Positions 8,640-19,756 are shown, numbered from the stretch's first letter. The stretch is DNA of 32,000 nucleotides from Caedibacter taeniospiralis (GCF_002803295.2 NZ_PGGB02000010.1:13457-45456); one strand, 5' to 3'. The notes: generated by a model from the letters alone, not told the origin. Program-made: numbers and translations.

Positions 8640-9446
8640 TTAGCCTTGCTCAGAAGGGATCAGGTGAGGTGCTAAAAACTTAGTGAGTTTGGAAACAATT
8701 CTTGGATTGCCGCCGATTAACCGACCATCTTCAAGAAAATTAACGCCACCATCTAAGCCACAAAGCATACCACCTGCTTCTTTAATCACAAGGGCAGCCC
8801 CTGCGGTATCCCAGATTTTAGCATCTCGAGATGTCCAGACAGCATCCAGAAATCCTGCGGCAACATAACACATATCAAGAGCCAAAGAGCCTGAATAACG
8901 CAGTCCTGATATTTCCTTATGCAGATCAAGCACGGCTTCTGGGTAAGTGTGAGCAAATACTTTCTTACTAAACTTTAGCGCGCCTGAAAACAGGCAACCC
9001 GTAAACTCCTTGCGATTAGCAACACGAATACGCTGACCGTTTAACTGTGCCCCTGAGCCTTTAGTTGCGGTAAAAAGCTGATCCAGGTATGGGTTGTAAA
9101 TAACAGCAAGTTCTGTTTTGCCACGAAACTGCATGGCAATAGACACACAATGGTGCGGAATGCCGTGAATAAAGTTATTTGTCCCATCAATGGGGTCAAT
9201 AATCCAGGTATGATCACTATCTTCATTGCCAAATTCCCCTGCTTCTTCGGTAATGTAATATTGATCAGGAAAAGCACGCTCTAATGTATCAACGATTGTT
9301 TTTTCAACCTCGATATCAATATTGGTAACGTAATTATTAGGGGACTTGGTCTCAATTTTCACAGTTTGCATGTTTTCATTTGCGTTTAAAATCATACGCC
9401 CCGCTTTACGCGCCGCCTTAACTGCAACATTCATCATTGGATGCAT
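8640..9446 (-). CDS. suhB: Inositol monophosphatase family protein (SuhB-like)
   Basis: 268 aa; WIIDPIDGTNNFIHGIPHHCVSIA, EEAG, and GSLALDMCYVAAGFLDAVWTS motifs of the IMPase family. Confidence 0.93.
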   Translation of the reverse strand: MHPMMNVAVKAARKAGRMILNANENMQTVKIETKSPNNYVTNIDIEVEKTIVDTLERAFPDQYYITEEAGEFGNEDSDHTWIIDPIDGTNNFIHGIPHHCVSIAMQFRGKTELAVIYNPYLDQLFTATKGSGAQLNGQRIRVANRKEFTGCLFSGALKFSKKVFAHTYPEAVLDLHKEISGLRYSGSLALDMCYVAAGFLDAVWTSRDAKIWDTAGAALVIKEAGGMLCGLDGGVNFLEDGRLIGGNPRIVSKLTKFLAPHLIPSEQG

Positions 9447-9532
9447 TGAAATACCTTCTGCTTTTTGCTCGACTAAAAAATTAGTTGTGTATAATACCCC
9501 ATTTACATATAAGGTGATAGTTTCTATTTAAG

Positions 9533-10260
9533 ATGTTAAATAAAATCCGAATGGTGCTCGTTGAAACGTCGCACCCTGGCAATATTGGCTCTAGTGCACG
9601 AGCCATGTTAAATATGGCGCTAACCGAACTTTATTTAGTCAATCCAAAACATGTGCCTGATGAAGACGCTTTGGCAACGGCCGCGCATGCAGCTGAGATT
9701 GTTAAAAATGCCAACATTGTGCCAACCCTGATAGAGGCTTTAAATGGGGTGGATTTAGTCATTGGCACCAGCGCAAGAGTAAGACGCATGAGTTTACCGA
9801 TGTTAAGTGTTGAAAACGCAAGTAAAGAAGCCCTTCGGTATGCCAATCAAGGTTTGACTGTGGCCATATTATTTGGTCGTGAGCGTACGGGACTTTTTAA
9901 CGATGAGCTTTTGATGTGTCATTATCACGCATATATCCCAAGCAATGAATCCTACACTTCATTGAATCTGGCGCAAGCCGTGCAGATTGTAAGCTATGAG
10001 CTCTTTAAACATTTCCAGGCATATGAAGCAGGACTGATGCTGCCCAGACAGAATCGAGTGCATGAAAAAGCTTCAATTGAAGAAATTCAAAATTTGTATA
10101 GGATGCTTGAGGATAAAATGTTTGAGGTGGGGTTTTTAAATCCAGACAGGTCAGAGCATGTGATGAACAGGCTTAAGCGGATGTTTCAGCGGACTCAGTT
10201 AGAATCAAAGGAAGTCAATATTCTACAAGGCTTTTTAAGTCAGATCACAAAGGAAAATCA

Positions 10261-10264
<4 letters not shown>
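9533..10264 (+). CDS. trmJ: tRNA (cytidine/uridine-2'-O-)-methyltransferase TrmJ
   Basis: 243 aa, [39 protein letters not shown]..., [17 protein letters not shown], a SpoU-family protein; divergent from suhB. Confidence 0.92.
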
Positions 10265-11905
<1,641 letters not shown>

Positions 11906-11943
11906 TAACCAAAGTTATGGACTTTTGCGAATTGAATAAACAC

Positions 11944-12111
11944 CAATGGCACTACCTTAAGCAGTCTTAATGAGAAACTACCCCGTCAGCCTGCGGCTGC
12001 CACCCCTTCGCTAACGAAGGGGAATTACACATATGCCACAATTCCCCTTCACTCGTGAAGGGGTGCCGAGCTTGCGAGGCGGGGTAGTGACTGCTTAAGG
12101 TAGCGCCATTG
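11944..12111. repeat. Palindromic MITE-like element, long form, with perfect 10-bp flanking direct repeat
   Basis: Outer terminal inverted repeats CAATGGCACTACCTTAAGCAGTC (11944-11966) and GACTGCTTAAGGTAGCGCCATTG (12089-12111), 22/23 complementary. Inner arms CTACCCC (11978-11984)/GGGGTAG (12081-12087). Direct repeats GAATAAACAC at 11934-11943 and 12112-12121. Confidence 0.88.
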
Positions 12112-12134
12112 GAATAAACACAGGGTAATAACAA

Positions 12135-14513
12135 ATGAAATTTAGTCATCGTTGGTTGGAAAGTTATCTGGATCAAACACTTGATATTGATGTATTAAGC
12201 GAAAAATTAACAGCAGCAGGTTTAGAGGTTGATTCAATTGAGGCAGTGGCGCCTGAATTTAACGGGGTTGTCGTCGGTGAAATCAAGAAAATTGATAAAC
12301 ATCCTGATGCGGATAAATTGAATATATGTCAAGTGGATGTCGGTGACGACGAGTTATTGACGATCGTCTGTGGTGCACCCAATGTGTACTCTGGAATGAA
12401 AGCACCTGTTGCCAAAATTGGTGCCTCTTTACCTTATGACTTTAAAATTAAAAAAAGCACCCTTCGAGCTCAGGAATCCTATGGCATGATGTGCTCACAA
12501 AAGGAGTTAGGACTTAGCGAAGAAAATGAGGGGCTGATGGATTTGCCTCAGGATGCTCGAGTTGGTGAGGATATTCGCGACTATCTTCAGCTGGATGATC
12601 ATGTGATTGAAGTAGATTTAACGCCAAATCGCGCGGATTGTTCAAGTGTATATGGTATCGCCAGAGAAGTTTCAGCATTGACCGAAGCCAAACTTTTGCC
12701 ATTGACAGAAATTAAGCTAACAGCAACTAAAAAAGCGGATAAACAAGTTATCAGTGAAACACCTGAAAACTGCCCACGATACTTTGGACAAACGATTTAT
12801 AACATCAATGCCAAAGTGCAAACCCCGCTGTGGATGAAAGAACGTTTACGTCGTTCAGGGCTGAGATCCATTTCAGCGATCGTTGATATTACTAATTATG
12901 TATTGCTTGAATTAGGACAACCTATGCACGCCTTTGATGCAGATAAAGTGGGCAGCAGTATTTATGCGCGTATGGCAAAAGACAACGAAAAAATCACCCT
13001 GCTTGATGAAACCGAAATAACGCTTAAACCAGGTACGCTGGTGATTGCTGATGCGCATCATGCTCTGGCAATTGCTGGAGTTATAGGGGGGCTTAATTCG
13101 GCTGTTACTACTGAAACCCGCAATATTTTTTTGGAAAGTGCCTATTTTGCGCCAGTTGCCATTGCAGGCAAAGCTCGTCAATACGGTTTACATACGGATT
13201 CGTCACACAGATTTGAACGTGGTGTTGATCCCAAACTCTGTCAATATGCGATTGATTATGCAGCAGCATTAGTCGTTGAAATTGCAGGTGGTGAGCTTGG
13301 TGAGATTGTTTGTGCTGATCATTATGATGAAATTGCGCTTGAGATACCGCTTCGTTTAAGTAAGTTAAATTCTATTTTAGGCATGAACTTTTCAGCAGAC
13401 TTTGTAGAAGCAGTGCTTACTGCACTTAAGATGAGCCTTACTCGAGTGACTGCCAATGGCGATGTGATCTGGCAGGTGAGCGCCCCCAGTTATCGCTTTG
13501 ATATGATAATCGAAGAAGATTTGATTGAAGAGGTGGGGCGCATCTATGGCTATCAAAATTTACCCATGAATCTACCTCAAATGTCATTGATGCCACAGCA
13601 TGTCTCTGAGCAGACGATCGCATTAGCGACACTTAAAAGCACGCTGGTAAATCGTGGCTACCATGAAGTGATCAACTATAGTTTTATCGATCCTAAGCTT
13701 GATGAGCTGTTTTTTGGCATGGCTGGACTTTCTTTGCAAAACCCGATTTCGCAGGATATGTCTATTATGCGTCAAGGTTTAATTCCGAGTTTAGTCAGCA
13801 CATTTAAAACCAATTTAAATCGCCAGCAGTCACGTATTCGTATTTTTGAGGAGGGGGTGTGTTTTCAACCTGCTGAAAAATTGGCGCATGAGTATTCCCA
13901 TTTTGCAGGTCTTGCCTATGGCAGTATTAACCCTCTTAACTGGCAGGAGAAGTCGATCAGTGACTTTTATTCGGTGAAGGCGGATGTTGAAGCCTTATTG
14001 CAATTGAATAAACATGCCATTCATTATATCCCGTGTGAAGACATTGACTGGCTGCATCCAGGACAATCTGCCTACATATATCAAAGTGGAGAGAAGGTGG
14101 GCGTAATCGGCGCGCTGCATCCTAATGTCATGAGCGTGTTGCAGATTAAAGGAAAAGCGCCGATTGTGTTTGAATTGCAGACGAGTAAAATCTCTAACAA
14201 ACATATCGCGAAATTTATGGCAATTTCTAAATATCCATCGGTTTCCAGAGACATTGCTGTGACTGTTGATCGCCATACCACCGCGCAAAGCTTGGTTGAT
14301 GCTGTCAACAAAGCCGATGTGCAGCAATTGAATCAAGTCGATCTTTTTGATGTTTATCAAGGTGATAATTTACCTGAAAATAAAAAGAGTATTGCGTTGA
14401 ATTTGACTTTCCAGGACAACACAAAAACCTTGACGGATGAAGTGATGAGTGAAGTCATGGCAAAGATTCTCACTTCGCTGAAAACCCATGCCAATGCGAG
14501 CTTGCGTGAGTAA
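12135..14513 (+). CDS. pheT: Phenylalanine--tRNA ligase beta subunit
   Basis: 792 aa, MKFSHRWLESYLDQTLDIDVLSEKLTAAGLEVDSIEAVAPEFNGVVVGEI..., NRADCSS, SHRFERGVDPKLC, full-length PheT layout. Confidence 0.97.
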   Translation: MKFSHRWLESYLDQTLDIDVLSEKLTAAGLEVDSIEAVAPEFNGVVVGEIKKIDKHPDADKLNICQVDVGDDELLTIVCGAPNVYSGMKAPVAKIGASLPYDFKIKKSTLRAQESYGMMCSQKELGLSEENEGLMDLPQDARVGEDIRDYLQLDDHVIEVDLTPNRADCSSVYGIAREVSALTEAKLLPLTEIKLTATKKADKQVISETPENCPRYFGQTIYNINAKVQTPLWMKERLRRSGLRSISAIVDITNYVLLELGQPMHAFDADKVGSSIYARMAKDNEKITLLDETEITLKPGTLVIADAHHALAIAGVIGGLNSAVTTETRNIFLESAYFAPVAIAGKARQYGLHTDSSHRFERGVDPKLCQYAIDYAAALVVEIAGGELGEIVCADHYDEIALEIPLRLSKLNSILGMNFSADFVEAVLTALKMSLTRVTANGDVIWQVSAPSYRFDMIIEEDLIEEVGRIYGYQNLPMNLPQMSLMPQHVSEQTIALATLKSTLVNRGYHEVINYSFIDPKLDELFFGMAGLSLQNPISQDMSIMRQGLIPSLVSTFKTNLNRQQSRIRIFEEGVCFQPAEKLAHEYSHFAGLAYGSINPLNWQEKSISDFYSVKADVEALLQLNKHAIHYIPCEDIDWLHPGQSAYIYQSGEKVGVIGALHPNVMSVLQIKGKAPIVFELQTSKISNKHIAKFMAISKYPSVSRDIAVTVDRHTTAQSLVDAVNKADVQQLNQVDLFDVYQGDNLPENKKSIALNLTFQDNTKTLTDEVMSEVMAKILTSLKTHANASLRE

Positions 14514-14518
14514 ATAAG

Positions 14519-14938
14519 ATGCTGGATGTACAATTTATAGAAAAATGCAATGCAACTTTGATCGAAGCCTATCGCCTGTTAGGGGAAAGCGAGTCAGAAG
14601 GCGTTCACTATGATCTGTATCTCTCGGCAATTATCAAAGAGTTTGAAATACTGCTTGAACAGTGCGGAAAGTTATTGAAGAAAGCCCTGGTTCCTTACTT
14701 TCACTCAAAAAAGGCTGTGGATCAGTTGACTTTTAAAGATATTTTTAGATACACAGGTAACTATGGGCTATTAAGTACAGATGAAATTGAACGCTGGTTA
14801 AACTATCGAGATAACCGAAATCTCACGGCGCATGATTACGGCTTTGATTTAGCAGAGGAAACTTTGCCACTTATCCCCATGTTTATCGAAGATGTGAAAC
14901 GTTTAATTAAAATGCTTAGGGCACAAAATGCTTCTTAG
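14519..14938 (+). CDS. Nucleotidyltransferase substrate-binding (HI0074-like) protein, HEPN-type
   Basis: 139 aa helical protein with R(x4)H motif in NRNLTAHDYGFD; adjacent to and overlapping an MNT-type nucleotidyltransferase ORF. Confidence 0.82.
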   Translation: MLDVQFIEKCNATLIEAYRLLGESESEGVHYDLYLSAIIKEFEILLEQCGKLLKKALVPYFHSKKAVDQLTFKDIFRYTGNYGLLSTDEIERWLNYRDNRNLTAHDYGFDLAEETLPLIPMFIEDVKRLIKMLRAQNAS

Positions 14939-15239
14939 GGATAAAGATAGAGAGTTACTGATAGCGCTTGCAGTGAAAACGCTCAAAACGCCTTGTGAGA
15001 TTTGGGTCTATGGCAGTCGCGTTGACGGCTCAGCACACGATGGCAGTGATTTGGATCTTGTAATTAGGACGAAAAATCTCGCTCCCTTGAACGCGCTAAT
15101 GTTGCAGGCATTTAAAGACGCAATACAAACTTCAAATATTCCCATCCTGGTGCAAGTTCTGGATTGGGCACGAATTCCTCAAAGTTTTCATAGCAACATC
15201 TTAAAAAACTACGCTGTTTTAAAGCCACTTAATAGTTAG
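14928..15239 (+). CDS. Minimal nucleotidyltransferase domain protein (MNT, HI0073-like)
   Basis: 103 aa; IWVYGSRVDGSAHDGSDLDLVI matches the GSRxxGxxxxxSDxDL nucleotidyltransferase motif; overlaps the upstream HEPN-type ORF by 11 nt. Confidence 0.87.
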   Translation: MLLRDKDRELLIALAVKTLKTPCEIWVYGSRVDGSAHDGSDLDLVIRTKNLAPLNALMLQAFKDAIQTSNIPILVQVLDWARIPQSFHSNILKNYAVLKPLNS

Positions 15240-15281
15240 TCATCATCACCCCTCCCCCTTGTGGGAGAGGTCGAATTTCTA

Positions 15282-15430
15282 GGTCATGGACCATATTCCC
15301 GCCCATCGCTACCCTGTGCGAGATTGCAGGAGTCATTTCAAAGCTGGACTTCCGCCTTCGCGGGAATAACAGCGCCCATTTTGTTTGGGTGAAGATTTGT
15401 TCTAAGCCAATTTCTATGCATGCGGGTGAA
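15282..15430. repeat. Modular intergenic repeat (second family), copy with degenerate TTCCCGCCTTCGCGGGAA module
   Basis: GGTCATGGACCATATTCCCGCCCAT..CGCTACCCTGTGCGAGATT...AAAGCTGGACTTCCGCCTTCGCGGGAATAAC...TTTTGTTTGGGTGAAGATTTGTTCTAAGCCAATTTC parallels 31599-31715. Preceded by CCTCCCCCTTGTGGGAGAGG. Confidence 0.75.
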
Positions 15431-15435
15431 GATAG

Positions 15436-16083
15436 TTAAACCTTTCTGGAGCTTTTGTCACTTAATTGCATCTCAAGTGCGTTTGCCCACAGGTAACTAA
15501 AAACACCGATGTAAACACCACCCAAAACATCACCAAGATAATGCTCTGTACTTAATATTCGGCTAATGGTAATGACAAGCGCAAGAGCGATACACAGGAT
15601 GGTTATTTTCTTATTCTGTATAAGCTCGGTAAGTCCCAGTAATCCAGCAAAAGCCAGTGTAGCATGCCCTGAAGGAAAACTGTTAAATAAGCGCTTGTGT
15701 GAAAACCAGTGAAAACCATAGAGTCCTTCTTGCAGAAAGAGCTCAGGACGATAGCGTGCCAGGGTGACTTTAATAACCGTTGCCACCCCAAGAGCAAGAA
15801 ATAAACTCAGCGCCCAGATAGCTAAGCGGGGGTTTAGCTTCTGGCGCCACTTTTGCCAGATACACACAATCGATAGAATAACAAATAGCACAAGCCAGTG
15901 ATCAGGATCAAAAACAGTGGAGATAAAATTTGCGAGTTTAACGACAGCTGTATACTGAAGCTCATGATAAGCCGTAATCGCCAGAGGGCGGTCCAGGTAA
16001 ACATAACATAAAGTTAAAACTGCCAGGGTGATAATTCCGTAAGAAAGTGTTTGTTTAAGAAGCGTTCTGATATTCGTCATCAT
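15436..16083 (-). CDS. PAP2-family phosphatase (undecaprenyl-diphosphatase-like membrane protein)
   Basis: Motifs KVTLARYRPE, PSGHATLAF and SRILSTEHYLGDVLGG. Listed ORF starts at 16221, but the first 46 residues derive partly from an intergenic repeat; MMTNIRTLLKQTLSYG at 16083 or 16080 is the more plausible start. Confidence 0.88.
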   Translation of the reverse strand: MMTNIRTLLKQTLSYGIITLAVLTLCYVYLDRPLAITAYHELQYTAVVKLANFISTVFDPDHWLVLFVILSIVCIWQKWRQKLNPRLAIWALSLFLALGVATVIKVTLARYRPELFLQEGLYGFHWFSHKRLFNSFPSGHATLAFAGLLGLTELIQNKKITILCIALALVITISRILSTEHYLGDVLGGVYIGVFSYLWANALEMQLSDKSSRKV

Positions 16084-16184
16084 TGCATTGTTATCTAAGA
16101 AGTAGGTGTAAAAAGCGTAACTTTTTTTACGAGTTGAGAAAAGAGAAATTACACTAAATCGGGTTTTGTCGCACACTATATCTT

Positions 16185-16254
16185 CGCCCATGATGGCGTA
16201 TTGCGTAGGGGCGTATTGCATACGCCCTTCTAAAATGGGCGGAAATTCAGGTAA
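16185..16254. repeat. Modular intergenic repeat with GCGTATTGCATACGCCC palindrome
   Basis: CGCCCATGATGGCGTATTGCGTAGGGGCGTATTGCATACGCCCTTCTAAAATGGGCGGAAATTC; shares GCCCATGATGGCGTATTGC with 31738-31756. Confidence 0.7.
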
Positions 16255-16297
16255 AACCCTGATCTATTTGAAGAATGGCGTATTAGTCAGGATTGGA

Positions 16298-17389
16298 TTA
16301 GACATTAAATCTAAAATGAATTACATCTCCGTCATGCACAATGTATTCTTTGCCCTCAAGGCGTGCTTTGCCTGCGTCTTTGGCACCCTTTTCTCCGTTA
16401 TATTGAATATAGTCATGGAAGCCTATGACTTCGGCGCGAATAAATCCGCGTTCAAAATCTGTGTGAATTTTTCCTGCTGCTTGCGGTGCCGTGGCTCCTA
16501 CAGGAATTGTCCAGGCGCGGACCTCTTTGACGCCCGCGGTGAAATAGGTTTGCAATTGTAAAAGCTTGTAGCCCGCGCGAATAACACGATTAAGTCCAGG
16601 TTCATCTAAACCAAGATCGGAAAGAAATTCCATTTTTTCATTATCCTCAAGCTCAGTAATTTCAGACTCAATTGCAGCACAGACAGCGACTACATCAGCG
16701 TTATCCTGTTTAGCAAACTCAATAACTTTATCAAGTAGAGGGTTGTTTTCAAAGCCTGACTCATCGACATTAGCGATATAAAGAGTTGGTTTGTGAGTTA
16801 GTAGTGGCGTTTGTTTGATCCATGTGAGCTCATCCTCATTAAACGGAAAACTACGAGCTGGTTTTTCAGACTCTAAATGTGTCTTTAAATTTTGGTAAAG
16901 ATCCAGTTGCAGCTTGGCTTCTTTGTTGGCACTTTTAGCCAGTTTTTGCACACGCTGAATAATTTTGTCAACGCTTTCAATATCGGCCAAAAGAAGTTCA
17001 GTGTTAATGGTTTGGATGTCATCGATGGGATCAACTTTGCCAGCGACGTGGACAATATCGCTATTGTGAAAGCAGCGGACAACATGGGCAATGGCTTCTG
17101 TTTCACGAATATTGGCTAAAAACTTATTGCCTAATCCCTCGCCCTTAGAGGCTCCAGCAACAAGACCTGCAATATCAACAAACTCCATGGTGGCAGGTAA
17201 AACTCGTTGTGGTTTTACGATTGCTGAGAGCTGATCTAAACGTGGATCAGGAACTGATACCATGCCAACATTAGGCTCAATGGTGCAAAAAGGGTAATTT
17301 TCTGCCTGAATACCTGCTTTTGTCAACGCATTAAATAGGGTTGATTTTCCAACGTTAGGAAGTCCAACAATGCCACATTTAAAACCCAT
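16298..17389 (-). CDS. ychF: Redox-regulated ATPase YchF (Obg-like)
   Basis: 363 aa, [44 protein letters not shown]..., C-terminal TGS-like region. Confidence 0.97.
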   Translation of the reverse strand: MGFKCGIVGLPNVGKSTLFNALTKAGIQAENYPFCTIEPNVGMVSVPDPRLDQLSAIVKPQRVLPATMEFVDIAGLVAGASKGEGLGNKFLANIRETEAIAHVVRCFHNSDIVHVAGKVDPIDDIQTINTELLLADIESVDKIIQRVQKLAKSANKEAKLQLDLYQNLKTHLESEKPARSFPFNEDELTWIKQTPLLTHKPTLYIANVDESGFENNPLLDKVIEFAKQDNADVVAVCAAIESEITELEDNEKMEFLSDLGLDEPGLNRVIRAGYKLLQLQTYFTAGVKEVRAWTIPVGATAPQAAGKIHTDFERGFIRAEVIGFHDYIQYNGEKGAKDAGKARLEGKEYIVHDGDVIHFRFNV

Positions 17390-17419
17390 AATAAAACCCT
17401 TATGAAATATTGTTTGTAT

Positions 17420-17998
17420 TTATTTCTGATGAAGCTCATTCATCACGCTTTGATGATTGCCCCGTATTATATCGTCCAGATAACAAAGCGCACGCTTAAT
17501 GCCATGATCAATGGCAATTTTATCTTCGATCGATGGTTTTCCTAATACATAACCCACGACTTTATGGCGATCTCCTGGGTGATCAATGCCGATGCGAAGG
17601 CGATAATAATCACGTGTACCTAAAGAGGCATCAATATCTCTTAAGCCATTATGTCCGCCGTGTCCACCACCCTTTTTGAGGCGCACCTGCCCGCAAGGCA
17701 AATCCAGCTCATCGTGCGCAACCAGGATCTCATCTGGTGTGAGTTTGTAAAATTGCGCAAGCTTAGCAACGGCTAAGCCACTTTTATTCACATAGGTGTG
17801 AGGATATAAAAGCCAGAGTTTATCAGTTCCCATTTGAGTTTGTGCTGTGGCACCATGGAATTTATGATCTGCTACTAACGCTAGATGATATTTTTCCGCA
17901 ACACCTTGGAGAAACCATTCTCCTGCATTATGGCGTGTGTCCTGGTATTGACTGCCAATGTTACCAAGTCCAACGATAAGCTTAATAGTAGTCGTCAT
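17420..17998 (-). CDS. pth: Aminoacyl-tRNA hydrolase (peptidyl-tRNA hydrolase)
   Basis: IKLIVGLGNIGSQYQDTRHNAGEWFLQ, LLYPHTYVNKSGLAV, HDELDLPCGQVRLKKGGGHGGHNGLRDI; adjacent to ychF. Confidence 0.96.
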   Translation of the reverse strand: MTTTIKLIVGLGNIGSQYQDTRHNAGEWFLQGVAEKYHLALVADHKFHGATAQTQMGTDKLWLLYPHTYVNKSGLAVAKLAQFYKLTPDEILVAHDELDLPCGQVRLKKGGGHGGHNGLRDIDASLGTRDYYRLRIGIDHPGDRHKVVGYVLGKPSIEDKIAIDHGIKRALCYLDDIIRGNHQSVMNELHQK

Positions 17999-18113
17999 GT
18001 CTTAACCAAAGTTTAAAATTGGGGTGGAGTATAGCGAAGGCAATTTTGAATGACAAGTTTACTGACGCCATGCTACCATAAACGAAATTTTTCTTGGGTG
18101 TTTTTCTGTGTAA

Positions 18114-18647
18114 ATGAGTATTAAAAAGCTTGAATCACTAATTGTTGCGGTACCTGATTTTCCAAAGCCAGGAATTTTATTTCGTGATGTTACCCCATTG
18201 CTGGCAGACCCTGCTGGCTTGACTCTCACCGCAAAACTGATGGCTAAGCGTATTAAACAGCTTAAACTTAAACCCACGGTGATTGCAGGTCCTGAAAGCC
18301 GAGGGTTTATTTTTGGTGTGGCACTGGCCAAGCATTTAGGTATCGGTTTTGTCCCTATTAGAAAGCGAGGTAAGTTGCCACGAGCGGTTTATGATTGTGA
18401 ATACGAACTGGAATATGGGATGGATCACTTAGAGGTGCATCAGGATGCTTTTCATGCCAATGATCAGGTACTGTTGGTCGATGATTTGCTGGCAACAGGA
18501 GGAACTGCAAACGCCTGTGTTGAGCTGGTGAAAAAAGCAGGTGCAACGGTCTTGGGGTCACTGTTTGTGATTGAGCTTAAGGGACTAAAAGGTCGAGATA
18601 GAATGCCTAAAAATATCCATATTGACTCGCTGGTAAAATATGAGTGA
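18114..18647 (+). CDS. apt: Adenine phosphoribosyltransferase
   Basis: 177 aa; VPDFPKPGILFRDVTPLLADP, GPESRGFIFG, VLLVDDLLATGGTANA. Confidence 0.95.
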   Translation: MSIKKLESLIVAVPDFPKPGILFRDVTPLLADPAGLTLTAKLMAKRIKQLKLKPTVIAGPESRGFIFGVALAKHLGIGFVPIRKRGKLPRAVYDCEYELEYGMDHLEVHQDAFHANDQVLLVDDLLATGGTANACVELVKKAGATVLGSLFVIELKGLKGRDRMPKNIHIDSLVKYE

Positions 18648-19653
18648 TATTGCCATCCACTTCGATATCCGTGATTATCAAGAAGCCATATTTAATTGGT
18701 ATACAACTCATGGACGGCACAACCTTCCATGGCAGGGTGAGTTTAATCCCTATTTTGTGTGGCTATCTGAAATTATGCTGCAACAAACGCAAGTTAAGAC
18801 GGTTATTCCCTATTTTTTAAATTTTATTGCGAGGTTTCCTCAAATTGAATCTTTAGCTTACGCTGATCAGGATCAGGTAATGCAGGCATGGGCAGGGTTA
18901 GGTTACTATGCGCGCGCTAGGAATTTACATAAGGCAGCGAAGCTTATCTGGGAAAAACATCATGGGAATTTGCCAGATAAGATTGATGAATTATTGACAT
19001 TGCCAGGCATTGGTCAATCAACTGCACATGCGATTTTATCCATTGCGTTTAATCAAGCGACGCCTATTTTAGATGGCAATGTTAAACGGGTATTCTCGCG
19101 ACTTTTTGCCATTGATGAAGTGTTGACTGAAGCGAAGGTTGAAAAAAAGCTATGGCAATTAGCGCATAAGCTGATGCCAAAAGAAAATACGCAAGCCTAT
19201 ACACAAGCACAAATGGACTTGGGAGCCATGCTTTGTACGCGTACAAAACCAAAGTGCGATTTGTGCCCCTTGCAGCAAACCTGTCTTGGCTTTCTAAACC
19301 GCAGTGTGGAAAAATATCCACTCAAAAAAGTCAAAGCAATCAAGAAGATAAAATCATCCATGTTTCACCTTTATCAATATGAAGATGAAATTTTGCTGAT
19401 AAAAAAACCAGATAGCGGGATTTGGGGTGGGTTATATGTTTTGCCTGAAAGTTCCTTAGATATCGGGGAATACAGCCATATGCTGTGTGAAGAACAAAAG
19501 CATGTTTTTACGCATTTTGAGCTGTATTACGCTATTAAGGTTTATCAGCTGCAACAGAAACCTGTTGTGGAAAATGCACATTGGGTCTTAGCGGCAAACC
19601 TCATGCAATATGCGCTTCCAGCACCTCTGGCAAAACAGCTTTTAACGGTGTAG
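18640..19653 (+). CDS. mutY: A/G-specific adenine glycosylase
   Basis: 337 aa; WYTTHGRHNLPWQGEFNPYFVWLSEIMLQQTQVKTVIPYF, VMQAWAGLGYYARARNLHKAA, LPGIGQSTAHAI, 4Fe-4S cluster cysteines CTRTKPKCDLCPLQQTC. Confidence 0.95.
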   Translation: MSDIAIHFDIRDYQEAIFNWYTTHGRHNLPWQGEFNPYFVWLSEIMLQQTQVKTVIPYFLNFIARFPQIESLAYADQDQVMQAWAGLGYYARARNLHKAAKLIWEKHHGNLPDKIDELLTLPGIGQSTAHAILSIAFNQATPILDGNVKRVFSRLFAIDEVLTEAKVEKKLWQLAHKLMPKENTQAYTQAQMDLGAMLCTRTKPKCDLCPLQQTCLGFLNRSVEKYPLKKVKAIKKIKSSMFHLYQYEDEILLIKKPDSGIWGGLYVLPESSLDIGEYSHMLCEEQKHVFTHFELYYAIKVYQLQQKPVVENAHWVLAANLMQYALPAPLAKQLLTV

Positions 19654-19756
19654 TTTTCAATTTGGTAAGCTGTTATACTCTTGTCATTTTGAATGGCTTG
19701 ATTGAATCTCATGAAAAAACTTCCCATTGACATTTCTTGGTTTGAGTTAATGTCAA
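19651..19756 (+). pseudogene. Decayed relic of an AAA-ATPase-like (PF09820-type) gene start with its upstream region
   Basis: 60 nt upstream plus start region align without gaps to 31857-31952 (41/60 identical upstream of the ATG; shared ATG(A/C)AAAAACTTCCCATTG..ATTTCT). Translates MKKLPIDISWFE, then diverges and stops. Confidence 0.6.

Noticed and set aside
11967-12176. 69-aa minus-strand ORF between pheS and pheT (HPFTSEGELWHMCNSPSLAKGWQPQADGV)
   Set aside because: Arises from the palindromic element itself and overlaps the pheT start; useful as a marker of the repeat but not supported as a gene.
12514-14360. Multiple antisense ORFs of up to 121 aa over pheT
   Set aside because: Shadow ORFs of a conserved, clearly coding gene; no independent support.
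16107-16128. GTGTAAAAAGCGTAAC resembling the right end of the GTTACGCACTTTTAC inverted repeat
   Set aside because: Similarity needs a gap and there is no partner inverted repeat or CTACCCC core nearby; likely chance.
16166-16561. 131-aa plus-strand ORF over the repeat and the 3' end of ychF
   Set aside because: Antisense to ychF and initiated within an intergenic repeat; spurious.
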